In this document: positions 32,401 through 44,793 of the stretch, in pieces
Position numbering within the stretch: the stretch's first letter is position 1
Layout: each line of letters starts with the position of its first letter
Assembly (NCBI GenBank): GCA_002633005.1
Contig: NMRA01000549.1
Coordinates: 207,872-271,871, forward strand
From: Phoronis australis
Taxonomy: Eukaryota; Animalia; Phoronida
Direction: 5' to 3'
Length of the DNA stretch: 64,000 nt
The notes under the pieces: model-generated
Seen by the model: only the letters and a program-made list of their open reading frames with translations
Databases searched by the model: none
What the model was told of the DNA's origin: nothing
Made by a program: the position numbers and the translations under genes

Positions 32401-34518
32401 TCATCGATAGCAAATGTTGAATTAAGCAAGACTGACATCGATTATTTAATAATATCCTACTGCTGCATTGCCTCTAGTGGTTTTCTTTGTAAGCAATCTC
32501 AGTATCTTCGATGATTGCATTTTCTCGTGTAACTAGCAATGTTAAACTTGATTTTAAGTTGCTCACTCTAGTGCGTGGAAGTGTTTGAAATTAGTGCATA
32601 CTCCTGATATCTTTGCTGTATGTTCACAGTAGGCTCTGTGTTGATGTTGGTGTGTTAAACCTTCTCAAACTAATTTGAGGTTTGGGAAGTGCATGGAATC
32701 TCACTTTCAAAGTCATGTCAGTATTTTTTTTTGCATTTTACTTCTGATTGTCATTTCAGCTGGGCTGGACCTACCTGAACCTTTTGAAGGTAGAATCTCG
32801 TTCAAAAATGTCACTTTTAATTATCCAATGCGCGAGGACATGCCGATATTCACCGATCTGTCACTTGAGGTCCCTGCTGGTAAGGTGCTGGCGGTGGTGG
32901 GTCCAAGTGGTTCTGGCAAGTCCACAGTTGGGTCACTGATACTCAGATACTATGACGCAATTAAAGGTGAGTGGACTGGAATATTGCACTTGATACTCAC
33001 TACTGTCAACATGTTTGGGATTTGCGTTTTTTCTACAAGTTAGCTAATTTCCATTTTTGTGTAGTTTTGTCTCATTTGCATTCAATAGCACAGTTAATTT
33101 TTGTTACAAATAATCTTCTCCCTGCAGGAAGTATATTTATTGATGGCGTGGACATCACGAAGCTCAATCCTCATTGGTTGCGTAATCACATCGGAACAGT
33201 GAGTCAGGTAATGGAGCAAAGTTCAAGCTTGTCAGATTGTTTCATCTTCAAATGTCACCTACACTCACACTTTTGGTACCAAATTGTCTGTTATCATTGT
33301 AATATTAAAACCATTTTGAAAAAAATTAGAGGTATGCATAGTAATTGATGATGTAATCCATTTGATTTTGCCAGTGTTGCTCAGTCCTTTAATTTGTTCC
33401 CCTCTAAATCTTGGAATATTGGTCTTTTAAATAATTTAAATTGTTTTTGAAATGTTGAAATGAGCCGTCGTAGTAAGGCTTTAATTAATATTTTCTGTGA
33501 ATTTGTGCATCATGAAATAAATACCATGGCAATATGGCAATATACCACAAAAAACAAAGCCTCCCTCTCTTTTATTCCAGGAACCTGTGTTGTTCTCTTG
33601 TTCTATTGCTGACAACATCTCCTACGGTGCTGGTGACCCCATAAGTGTAACTCCGGCTGATATTGTAGCAGCAGCGAAGCAAGCTAATGCTCACACGTTC
33701 ATAGAAACATTCCCTGACAAGTACGACACAATTGTGGGTGAGAGAGGACTTATGTTGTCAGGTGGTCAGAGGCAGAGAGTAGCCATAGCCAGGGCCATTA
33801 TCAAGAATCCAAAGATCCTGCTTTTGGATGAAGCTACAAGGTGATTTGGTTGCTTTGGGGGTGTGGTTTGTGTACATGTTCTCATTTGGTCAGTGAGGTT
33901 GATTTTATGGTCAGTTATCAAAATCATTTTAATAGGAAAATTTGCCCTGAAATAATTACATCAGATCGGTCAATCTGAGTGTATGTTTCAGTCACCATAC
34001 CTCCCGAGTGTATGTCTCAGACACCATACCTCCGTGAAAGCCTTTTAGTTTTGATTTTGTGATGTTCAGAAGAAAAGGTCTGAAAGAAGGCTGGTTGACA
34101 CTTCTTGTTTGCTCTCCAAGACCCAATTTTTAACACATTACTGTCGTAACTTGGTTAATCTTAGCTTAAAGTTGAAGTTGAGGTCTCTAGAAGTATGCGC
34201 AATCTCACTTGAAGGTTGTATTTGTTGAAGTTTTGTTGAAAGACTGTACCTTGAATAGATATTGATTGTTTGATGCTGTTTTACAGTGCCCTTGATGCAG
34301 AGAGTGAGTTCTTAGTTCAAGAAGCATTGGACCGGCTGATGATTGGACGAACTGTGATCACAATAGCACACAGACTATCCACCATAAAGAATGCTGATCT
34401 GATCGCGGTTATAGACCAGGGTCAGGTGGTGGAAACTGGCAATTACAGAGACTTGATGATGATAGAAGGGGGCTTGTTTAGGAAACTAGTCGAACGACAG
34501 ACTATTGAAAATAGGTGA
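26463..34518 (+). CDS. ABCB10: Mitochondrial ABC half-transporter ABCB10 (10 coding exons, about 673 aa)
   Basis: Exons 26463-26775, 27935-28147, 28699-28901, 29318-29452, 30265-30411, 31448-31679, 32760-32966, 33128-33207, 33581-33840, 34287-34518; total 2022 nt, phases compatible. Basic, acid-poor N-terminus (mitochondrial presequence-like), [48 protein letters not shown], Walker [10 protein letters not shown], signature LSGGQRQR, Walker B LLLDEATSALD, H-loop IAHRLST. Exact start codon slightly less certain. Confidence 0.93.
28131..28340 (+). repeat. 41-bp tandem repeat x5 containing ABCB10 coding exon 2 3' end plus splice donor
   Basis: cctgatgagta(c/g)(t/c)tcag|gtatgtat(a/g)aaggacaggatgtca starting 28131, 28172, 28213, 28254, 28295. 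Confidence 0.97.
30105..30266 (+). repeat. Short (about 12-17 bp) tandem repeat aagtcacttactttc running into the ABCB10 exon 5 acceptor
   Basis: About ten degenerate units; the last (aagttgcttactttttag|gt) is the functional acceptor. Confidence 0.8.
31708..31850. repeat. Degenerate about 35-bp tandem repeat (gattaagcttacaagcagt) just after ABCB10 exon 6
   Basis: Four degenerate copies visible. Confidence 0.65.
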
Positions 34519-35424
34519 AACTATGTGAACCAGTGGGTAATACAGTAATTAAGTATGACAAAACTTCTTCATGCCATCAATAATGACACACAGCACAGGT
34601 GTCATGAACTGGTCCAATTACTAAACCATTCTTGTGATTATTTACACTGCAGTTAAGGTGCTTTATCTCAGTAAACCTTGCACATGTAAATTAACTTTTG
34701 CTTAAAAACTACCCAGGGTGTTATGATATCCTATGCCCACTGTCGTCCAGCTGAAGTTGACATCGTGTGTAAGTCTTGATTTGGTGATTCAAGTTTGTGT
34801 TACTATTGAATGTGCAAATTTAACCATGGAGCATGAAGGGCCAAGTCATTCAATCAAGATACATAGTTTATTTGACCCTCACATTTTTCATGCACGGCGA
34901 GACAAACATTCCGTCTGAAGCTGCTAGTAGAGGGTGATCTGGTGTCTTATTACGCTATGTGAAGTAAGCTGTCAGTCGTAATGAGTGGTCACCTGTCATC
35001 AATTGTCAAACTTAATGAAACCTTAGTTCGCTTAGTTTTAACGAGCAATGATTTGCTGGTGAAATTAGTTCTCAAACAATTTCATGTCTCAAGTAAGTGC
35101 TAATTCTCGACAGTATTTAAGTGCTCATGTTTCTGACTGTCTATACACTTAACAGTTTCTCTGATGGTGCACCAATCAATTTCATCTTAGTTTGAGTACT
35201 AATTGACATCTAAAATAAGTCTGCATGATGTTAATTGAATTATTGTTTTTTCCCAGTGGTACTGATTGTAATTTTCATCCCAAACACAGTTTATGGTAAA
35301 ATGGACTCAAGTTCTCCACGAATTCACCATAAGGGGGCTTATGAATTTAAATTAATGAATAATTAATGAGATTTATCATCATTTCAGTTTCACGGCACAG
35401 TCCAAATTAAAAACAGGGACTCTA

Positions 35425-35763
35425 CACTGTTCCCTAAATTTTCATCACTTTTCTAAGTTTTGTGTACTCAGCAGACGAGTGCTAAACTTTTCTAGCACAT
35501 TATGTCAAATTGTGACCTTTTTTCTCATCACATTTTCTAAATATATCTGAAAACTGAGCCTTATTTCAATTAAAATAAAGAAGCATAAAGTCCTTAAACC
35601 ATGGCCATTGGATGAAAAACTCCCCATTTATTTTCCATAATATTAAGAATTCAATGTATAGTTTACTTGATGTAATGCATACAGATAAAATATCAGAGCA
35701 CTAACATCAGATCAGTGTTTGCACTAAATTCAAAATGGGCTGAAACTTTTAGGGAACATAGTT
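35425..35763. mobile_element. Tc1/mariner-like MITE remnant
   Basis: ta|cactgttccctaaattttca at left and tgaaacttttagggaacatagt at right form an imperfect about 20-bp TIR; TA at left flank. Confidence 0.6.
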
Positions 35764-36611
35764 GAGTGACTTAGTAGGACTGTTCTATGCAACCAGTCGC
35801 AGATTTCAGTTGTTTATGTACTTAATGAATGGGAAATAGCAGTTTGAATGAGGGATGGCTGTGACGAAATGTTCAAGAGTGGCTGGGTGAACAATCAACA
35901 GGTTTCAAATGATATGGTATCGGAACATGTGCACACACCCGTGTCAGATGAACGAGTAAACATGTTTATCTTGGGTATGCTATCATGTGAAATCTTATTT
36001 TGGGGTAGCCACAATACATAGCTGGAGATCAGTTGTCTCTAGGTGATGTATGGGATACTATGTGTACTTGTCTAGTCAACAGTGATAAACTAAATCTTCC
36101 TCAGTTGCCATGTACTAAGGATAACTTTCAGTTTGAATTTTAGACCATAGTGTTCCTAGTACATGGTTATAGACTGTGACTGAGAAGAGAACATTGCCTT
36201 TGAAATGTTGAGGTGCCAGACATCATGTTTTGTTAGAAGCTGCATGTAGCAGGCACACTTGGAATATCTAGAGTTAGTTTTGAAAGCCAGGAAAATTGAA
36301 ATTGCTTTGATGCCTGAAGACTGACTTACATGCACAAAACGTTAGTGTATTCAACATTTAATAAAAGATGAATAATAAAAATAGTCATCTACAAAATGGT
36401 TAAAACACATAGCAAACAGCAAAAAGAGGAGTTAGAACGTAAGGTAAACAGCATTAAGATCACCTGGACTCCTTTTCATAAGACTTGTTGTTGATTAGCA
36501 CATCACTGTAACTATCATTGAATAAAGCTATAGGCAGAGATAATGAGGTGAAGTCAATATGGCCAAACTAGAATAAATTCAATCTCCAATTAGGAAGTGT
36601 TTTTTCAAGGA

Positions 36612-36940
36612 AAATTTGCTGTCGAGATACTCCAATCCAGAAGTAGGCAATGAAGTCCATTCATTTCATATTGTAACTTTAGGAACAATATCTCACGCAA
36701 TTAAAAGTTCTAAATTGAGATTTCTAAAAATGTTTTGCATGTTTTTTTGAATACTCAGCACAGACGTTACTCAGAAAATGGGACCTGTTTCTCTAAGAGT
36801 CTGTTGGCTTTTGTCATTTGACTTTCAACTAAAAGTCAGTCTATGAATGGATGACCCAGTTTCACGAAAACAGGTTAGGGTAGAAAATTTGTCTACTAAG
36901 TCAAGCGACAAAAATCTGTAGTCTGCTGGACTAGACACAA
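36612..36940. repeat. Dispersed direct repeat, copy 1 (copy 2 at 38968-39260)
   Basis: gcaatgaagtccattca...taggaacaatatct...aaaagttctaaattgagatttctaaa...tggcttttgtc...tagaaaat shared in order. Confidence 0.85.
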
Positions 36941-38475
36941 GATAAAACATTTTGAGTAAAAGCACAAGAAAAAGAATAAACTTTTGGCTCTTCATAATCA
37001 GACATGTGACTTTGAATAAAGACAAAAGCCAATAGACTCTTAGAGAAACCGGCCTATGGATGTATATCAACAGCAGACTTTCACCGAGCAAGGGTGACCA
37101 GTCACAAAGGTGGCAAGACCCTACCCGTAAACCCCTGGAAACTTAAAAGATACAATTATTGCCCACAAGGCTGTGTTAGAACAGACATACCTGACAAATA
37201 GTCTTCAGGAACATGACAGATTGCAGCGGGGGTTATCTGAGTGGCCGCCATTGCTGATTAATGAAATGCCCCTTTTGGGCAGCATGTACGTAACTATGGA
37301 GTTGTACACTGTGTCATCTCTGACACTTTAACCTCAAAAACCTCGCAAATAAAAAGGTCATGGATATGAATATTTACTAAATCAACATTTATACCATGAA
37401 TGGTGAACAGCACATCTTGCACAACACATAACAAAAGAAGTCATTGAAATGCTTCACACAACAGGTTTATGAAAGAGGTCTCGGATGAGTAGGTACATAC
37501 ATTCTACACACCACAGCATTTTCATTAACCTAACATCAGAGGGCACTGACGGCAAGTCTGTGGCTAAAAATAGCTTTGATACAGGCAGTGTTAGTGTCCA
37601 AGAGTTATCCTCAGATATTTCCATTGCTCTTAAATAAATGTAAGGCAAATCATAAACTTTGCCCAATTCACAAGATGGTTTGAAAATCAGTCTTAGCACG
37701 GCAACAGCTTTTTATCAGTAATTCTGTATATATTTTATGAGGGCATTTGCAGACTACTTCCTCTGTACAGTTTTTAACAGCAATGTGTAATTGAAAATCT
37801 GACGTAGGATTCTTATGAATATTCATCGTCAGGGCCACACAACTGTAGTTTCATTACATAAATGACATACCATATCGTACTTCACAAGGAGGAAATTCTT
37901 CCCAACTGGTTTTAAGTCAATTTTCATCAAACAGTCTTCCAGAAATTTTGTTTTCTGTTGAAAAATATTCCAACAGCCAAAAGTAACCTCTGCACTGGAA
38001 CCTGATCAGGAGTAGACTTCTCACACTCCTTTGAATAGCAAGCATTATCAACAGTTTCTAAAGAAACCTTTTCCAAAACCAGTGCCTTTACCAAAGGCCA
38101 CAACAGCTGAAGATCACAAGCAATAGGGGGTTCCCCATCATATCCTCAAAAGTGACCCCAGCTTGCTGAAGTTTATGTAGGACCTTATCGACAACTCTGT
38201 GCGTTTAATAACAAAATAGCTAGAGAACTGTAGATTGAAAGCCTGTAAAATTTGATTTTGCCTTTTTATAATTTATTAAATGAATCATTTGACCATATTT
38301 CTAATAAAATTTACCAAAAAAGAAAGGTACATTAATAGCAGAAAAAACAGTATCAATAACATGACCAAATTTATTTGACATAAATGCTCAATGTGTCATA
38401 TGAATCTGATTAGTCATTTCTGAGACTTGGCGTTCAAAAGAAAGCCGAATTTGGTCATTTTTATAGGGTGCTACA

Positions 38476-38756
38476 CCCGGGGGTATCACTCATATTGACA
38501 AGGTGCCCGCAGACATGTACTAAAAACTGCTGAGACCCCCTATTGCAGGTACCAGGTCTGCTTTTTCCCACCCCTTTTGGAGGATAGATTTTTCATTTTT
38601 AAGAAAGGTACGTTTTTAAGAAACTGGATGAAATGGAAATTTAGGGGCCTATTGGACCCTGTACTGGTTCCACAATTTTGTTGAAAAAGTACCGCCTACC
38701 TGCACTTTTTGGTAAATGCCTGCAGGCACCTTGTCAATATGAGTGACCCCCCAGGG
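38476..38756. mobile_element. MITE with about 55-bp TIR (CCCGGGGG..TCACTCATATTGACAAGGTGCC)
   Basis: tcactcatattgacaaggtgcc is perfectly inverted at the two ends; flanks tgctaca / tactaca resemble a 7-bp TSD with one mismatch. Confidence 0.88.
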
Positions 38757-38967
38757 TACTACATGACTTTAGAAATGATAATATCCACTACACTGCATAG
38801 GATTGAGGTTCCCAATGATATCAGTGTGCACGAGAGTGAGGATCCTAAAGACAATACGTCAACAAGAGGTTTGTAATATCCAGTAAAAACATGAACCCAG
38901 TTAACTTGCATTTACAGTAGTTTTAAACAAAATTGACGAAGTCCATCAAAATTTGATTGGTTTTGCC

Positions 38968-39260
38968 AAATTTACTGCCGAGAGACTCCAATAAAGAAGT
39001 ACGCAATGAAGTCCATTCAGTTCATAGTGTAACATTAGGAACAATATCTGGCCAACTTAAAAAGTTCTAAATTGAGATTTCTAAAGAGGTGTTCCTCAAA
39101 CAAAACTGTCAAAGCCTTTTTCTCAAAGTCTTTTGGCTTTTGTCTTACAGATAAAAAGCAGTCTACAGATGGCTTACCCCATTTCACAAAAACGGGTTAG
39201 ATTAGAAAATCTGTCTACAATTCAAAGTCAGACAACAGAAACCTGTAGTTGAAACTAGAT
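38968..39260. repeat. Dispersed direct repeat, copy 2 (copy 1 at 36612-36940)
   Basis: Collinear similarity with copy 1 over about 300 bp. Confidence 0.85.
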
Positions 39261-40136
39261 TAGGAATATGAGACCATTTGAAATTTAGCCAAGAATACTT
39301 GCTTCGAAATTCCAATTAGAATATCTATATTTTTGAAAACTACAGTGTATCACCAAACAATTAATTGAAATACAGTAACAAGTCCTTCATATCAGACACT
39401 AAAAAATATTTACCAAAAATGACATTTCTGTGATTTTTAAGTAAAGGAGAATATTTAGTCCTTGAGAAGTGTAAATTCACAGTGTCTGACCAGTTTCACG
39501 GAACACTTATGAAAAAACTTTCCCAAATTAATGGATGCTAACGGATAGTATGGAGTTTACCTGTGCGCAATTACTTCACCAAGTTGAAACAGAGCACACA
39601 CAGTACTCGGTGCGGTAAGATGCAGCAGGACTCCTTGGAAATAGGGCACGTGGAGTTAATTCAATATTCATATTATGCAACTCAAGCTTAAGTCATATCA
39701 ATTACGGAGCTCCATACCAAACCTGCACCAGACTATTCTTACTATGAGGAGAACTGACAGCGTGCCTGGTGGGACATCATTACATTAAGTGCCTGATCAC
39801 ACCTTGCGTGACAAATACTTTGATCTACTTCACAACAGTTAAGAAACTAAGGAGTACAAGATAACAATTGAAAGCTTCAAGTAAACAGATGTTATCGAGA
39901 CCAACGCACACAGTGGAGTGTAACCATCAAGACCCAAGATGTTCAACTCGGGAGCACATAGTAGCAGCAAAAGACACATTATCTAGATATCATTTACATT
40001 GAATTTCTATTTAATATTAGCATTGCATTCAGGTTTACACGACAGAGACATTTCACACTATGTGTGATCCTGCTCTCCAACAAGAGCAGAGGCAGCTATA
40101 AATAAGAGCAGTGAGAATGATTGGGTGGTTAGACGC

Positions 40137-42367
40137 TCAATCCAGATCGACACCATCCTGGAACCATGGTATCTTCAACACACAAGAGCCTACCCCAGTC
40201 ATACTGCGCGCTAGGGCACCCACCGTCTCCCATGTACCAGACGGCACATCATAACGCGATACCATCTTCTGACCAGTTTTTGTTTGTACATTGTACCCTC
40301 CTAGCACGTAGATCTGACTTTGGTAGACGACACACGAGGCCTCCTTATGAGATATTGACAATGGAGCAATAATTGACCATTGGTCAGTGTCTGGGTCATA
40401 ACACTCTGACTGCATCACAGGCTGCGCTTGCTGATTGGCGTTCAAGTTACACCCTCCGAACACGTACAGTTTATGGTCAGCGACACACATCACGTGCCAA
40501 CCACGGGGCGTCAACATGGGGGCCATGTCTTCCCACTGCTGCTCTTCGGTGTCAAAACGCTGTAAGTCGGGCGTGAAGTGGTTATTACTGTAACCACCGG
40601 CTATGAAGATGAACTGGAAGAAAACGGCACCAGCATGAGCATGATACGACATAGGCATAGCAGGGATCAACTCCCAACTGTTAGTCATGGGGTCATAGAC
40701 CTCCGCCGAGGCCAGGCTGCCCTCTTTGTACTTTCCTCCCATTGCATAGATTTTGTCAAACACCTGCCCAGCAAAGAAGTAAGCCCGTTTGCAGTTCATC
40801 GAGGCTACTTGATACCAAGCATTGAAACGTGGGTCGTAACGCAGCACCGTGTTAACAGCCGACTCGCCATGTGCGCACTGCGTTGTGCAGCCACCGAGCA
40901 CGTACAGGAAGTTATTGAAGACGACCACCTGCATGTGACTCAGTGCATTAGGCAATGTTGCCACCTCATGCATATTGAGGAGAGTACTTGCTGTGATCTG
41001 ATCCTCATACGCGTTCAGCTCATCATGGAGGCCAGGAAACGGGTGGATCTCACGACCACCAATGCTGACCATCCGTTCAAGGAAAGAGCGCATGGTATAC
41101 TGCTCCTCCTTGTGGAGTGGCTGCGAGTGCGGAACTACGTGATAGTTTAATGCATCCAGCACCATGTCACGCAGATCTACATTGGACATCATCGCTTTGA
41201 CTGTCTGCACATTTTTCACAAGATCCTCCGGACTTATAAGTGGAAACCTTAAATTCTTCATCAAGGGAATGGCATACTCCTCATGACTAGAGTCCTGTTG
41301 TAGCCAAGTCCAAGCAACTCGAAACAGTTCAATTTCTTTCAATCGCAGAGAATCACATTTGAGACAGTTTAACATCTGCTCATAAGTCAACAAATGTAGG
41401 GTTCCCTCCACGGCAATATGCAGCAGGTTGTCAGATATAAACGTATCAATCTGCCTCAACGCATTCGTCATACTGTACAGTTTGGCTGTATTAATGAAGT
41501 CAAAGAAGTTACTGGTGGTCATACCACTCAGAAAGTTGCGCTCACAGAACTCAATCACCGGCGTCACCTGTAGGTGAGTGGCAGCAGCAGTCACGTCAAA
41601 AATGTCATCCCCCTCCAGGACAGTAGTGGAGGTGTAGATAATTTCCAACACCTTTTCCAGCCCCTTGGCAGTCACACCCTTGAGCTCTATCTCTCGTTGG
41701 TTACACTCCTTCATACCACTGGTGAACATGGAGCGAAAGTAGTCGGAGCACGATACAAGTATCACCTTGTGCACGGGGAACTGCTGACCTAGAATAAGGA
41801 AGGAAGCTCAGATGGTGTACATGATAACAGTATTGTTCTTGGCAGACATGAAACTGGCACAAGTCACAGACCAATAAATGTATACCTAAAATTTTGTAAA
41901 ACGGACTCGCAGCAAGTCTATCCCAAATGATCTTCAAAAGAGTGAAACATCAGACCAAAACAACTTTTCAGGCTTTTAAAAAATTTGATGATTTGCCACA
42001 TAGTTGATCGAGATCTGTTGAAGTTATCATAGCATATACCACTCCCATATTGGTCACATAAAAACTGCAATCAAGGATTTGCCAATGGTAGAAATGAAAA
42101 GTAGAAATCTTTTCATACAACNNNNNNNNNNNNNNNNNNCAAATAATGACACAATGTCTGAGCAAGTAATGCAGTTCACAGGCACATGCTACCTTCAGCT
42201 ATTAAAGTTACATCGCACAGGGTCCCCTCAAACTTGAGTTTATGAAGTCCTTGCAGTATTTTGATGCCATGTTCCAGCGTGGTCTTGGGTTTGGTTACCA
42301 ACTCAATTCCATTCACTTCTGGCTCAGTCATGTCTAAGCAGCGTCTCTTGGCCCGTCTATCGCTCAT
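40137..42367 (-). CDS. Kelch-like protein (BTB-BACK-Kelch), KLHL26/KLHL9/13-type Cul3 adaptor, about 608 aa
   Basis: Coding exons 42367-42193 (MSDRRAKR...LCDVTLIAE) and 41788-40137 (GQQFPVHKVILVSCSDYFRSMFT...), joined by a phase-1 GT-AG intron; BTB, BACK (LRFPLISPEDL) and six Kelch repeats with GG..Y/W pattern (LYVLGG...RYDPRFNAW). Exact orthology not assignable by eye. Confidence 0.93.
42122..42139. other. Assembly gap (18 N) inside the Kelch gene intron
   Basis: Run of N. Confidence 1.
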
Positions 42368-42375
42368 TGACTGCT

Positions 42376-42780
42376 TCAGTTAGGCTCTTGTAAACTGAAG
42401 TATGGAAAACAACAAAATGGACAGTCTATTACATTGTTCGATCTCAGTTAGGTTCTTGTGAACTGAATTATGGAAAACAAAGTGAAATAGACAGTCTAGC
42501 ACATCGTTCACCCTTTGATCTCAGTTAGGCTCTTATAAACTGAAGTATGAAAACGAAGTAAATTGGAAGTCTATCCTACTATTCACCCTTCACTCTTACA
42601 AACTGTCAGATGTATGGAAAACAAAAGTGAACTGTGGACAACGAAGTGAATTGAACACTCTAACCAAATATTCACCATTCGATCTCGGGCTCTTGTAAAC
42701 TGTCTGAAGTATGGAAAACAAAACTAAGTTTGGAAAACACAGTGAATTGGACAGTCTAACATACTGCTCACCTCTCCATC
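42376..42780 (-). repeat. Tandem repeat x5 (about 68-95 bp) containing the splice acceptor and 5' UTR start of the Kelch gene's first coding exon
   Basis: Minus-strand ttttccatacttcag|tttacaagagcctaactga; plus-strand copies begin near 42376, 42444, 42521, 42593, 42684. Confidence 0.88.
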
Positions 42781-44039
42781 TCCGGAATTGCCGATATTGA
42801 AATCTATTAACTAAAGCGAACTACTGCTGTTTTAATCCAGTTGAAAAAATCTGAGATCCCATAATCATCCAGGTATTAGTGGGATATCTACAGCACAATC
42901 TCACCAATTTAGGACATGGTGAGGCAAACAAAAGAAATTCAACTTTTCATTTTTTTTCATGTCAGAGGCACTCCACCAAAATGGCTCATTCAAATGGAAT
43001 GGGCAAATGTTTCTCTGAGGTGAGGTCCTTGACAACTGTTTGCAGGTCCTACCCTGAATGTGCACGTATTGGGCGGTGAGAGAAATCACCAATGGTTGAC
43101 CCCAGAACATTGCAATATGGAGATGTGACCTCGAATAGAAGAGTAGGTGACACAAGGTGACGTCAAGAAATTTAACTCTTCCAAGCTTGAACAAAGACTA
43201 TCACAATCAAACTTTTTTTCGATTATTCCTTTCTTCAATTGTCCAAATCAGAAACTGATCATTTTTACACTGCTCGTGCTAGGGGATATGACGTTGGGAA
43301 GAGTTAAAGACGGCCTCCTAAGGTGCCCCTTTATACGCAAAAGGTACTTATAGAAACATGACTTTGATGGTTTAATCAGTATGAGACATAATTTCACCAA
43401 AAAGCTTCCAACATGTGGAGGACCTATGCGATGACTACCGTCTACTACCCAGACGGTGGTATTGTCTAGTTCCAGCTAGCCATGAAAATGTTTTTATGAT
43501 CAACTTCAGCCAACTCCACACATTTGCAAGAAAAAAATTTGCTTCCCTAGCCAAGTCCATGCTTGCCGGTGAGAAAGTTTCCCCATGTCTCTGGCCCTCG
43601 CTAAGCTAGCCTCAGCTTCCGCCAACCCAACAAACAATCAATGACCAACAGACAATGCAGCCCACCACACTCATGAACCACAGCCCACCTTTACAACAAA
43701 TGCTGAGTCGCAAAGATGGCAGACCGCCTGCATATTCTCTTCCAAGTCAATTAAGGAAAGTTAACGTTGAAAAATGAAACTTAGAAAAGACAATGCACTC
43801 AGTCGTAAGAATGACAATGACTCAATCAATGACTGAGTCTGAGAACTGGCTGGAAAGATGGTAAAGCCTGAGCGAAGGATCAGCGTTTCACTTCATTCAA
43901 CTTCAATTAAAACAAAATATAACACAACGTACACTTTAGACCGACTTCGTGAACCAACCTTCCACTGGAAATCTCGACGATTCATTAAAGATTTTTAATT
44001 ACTCATAAAAACAGAAGCCGAAAACGCTAAACATTTCAA

Positions 44040-44460
44040 GAAGTTCAACCAGCAGTGACGTCATGTGTAACAAAACAATGAAAAATGAGCACGTTGAAAT
44101 TTATTTTCTTTTAACATTTAACACATTTAAATTTATATGTCAATAAAAGAAGCTTTTTTACCAATTTTACCATGGTACATCCGCTAAAATTCCAATACTG
44201 AGTGATAAATATTAAATATCAATTCCCACAACACTTTAATTGTTAGACCACACAAGAAAGATGGTTGCCGTTGAATAGTTTACTGGTATCCCAGCTAAGT
44301 CTAAAGGTGATACTAAAATTTAAGTCAAGCGTAGGCTACTTGTCAGAATTCTTGATCATGCACAGGGTATATAGGTTTGGCTTTATTTCTACAAAATGGC
44401 TTTTCTTTGGTTCTCATGCTCAACCTTGTCAGTTTAGGCAACAGTGAAAAGGTGATTTTT
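44040..44460. promoter_or_regulatory. Possible bidirectional promoter between the Kelch gene (-) and FSIP1 (+)
   Basis: Head-to-head genes both with an acceptor upstream of the ATG (so 5' exons lie in between); strand skew flips here; palindromic CRE TGACGTCA at 44056-44063; RFX-like half sites GTTGCC (about 44264) and GGCAAC (about 44437). Confidence 0.35.
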
Positions 44461-44546
44461 TTGTATTTTATTTGTTGACATTGTTTGTCGTATTTGGCTG
44501 TACAGTTTCTTGGTTCAGCTGAGGATTGAACTAGCGACCCACTGAA

Positions 44547-44793
44547 AAAATATAAAAATAATTGCAGGCGGTCTGCTACACATTGTACCAGACGTGCGCA
44601 GGCAGCGCATGTGGGCCCATGCACTGATTACCTGGAAATAGTTTTGTGCTTTGTTATAATATGTAGTTAAAACCGAGCTGAGGAGCTAGAAACCTGACTC
44701 AAAGGTCTAGCAGTGTGGCCCAGTGGGACTTGAACCCATGATCTTGAGTAAAGAAGGCGGACACCATCACACTAGGCCACACTGCCTCCTCAA
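44547..44793 (-). mobile_element. tRNA-derived SINE with perfect 14-bp TSD
   Basis: Minus strand ggaggcagtgTGGCCTAGTGTGATGG...GGGTTCAAGTCCC (A and B boxes); agcgacccactgaa at 44533-44546 and 44794-44807. Confidence 0.88.

Noticed and set aside
40166-41150. Plus-strand ORFs up to 190 aa
   Set aside because: Antisense shadows of the Kelch coding exon.
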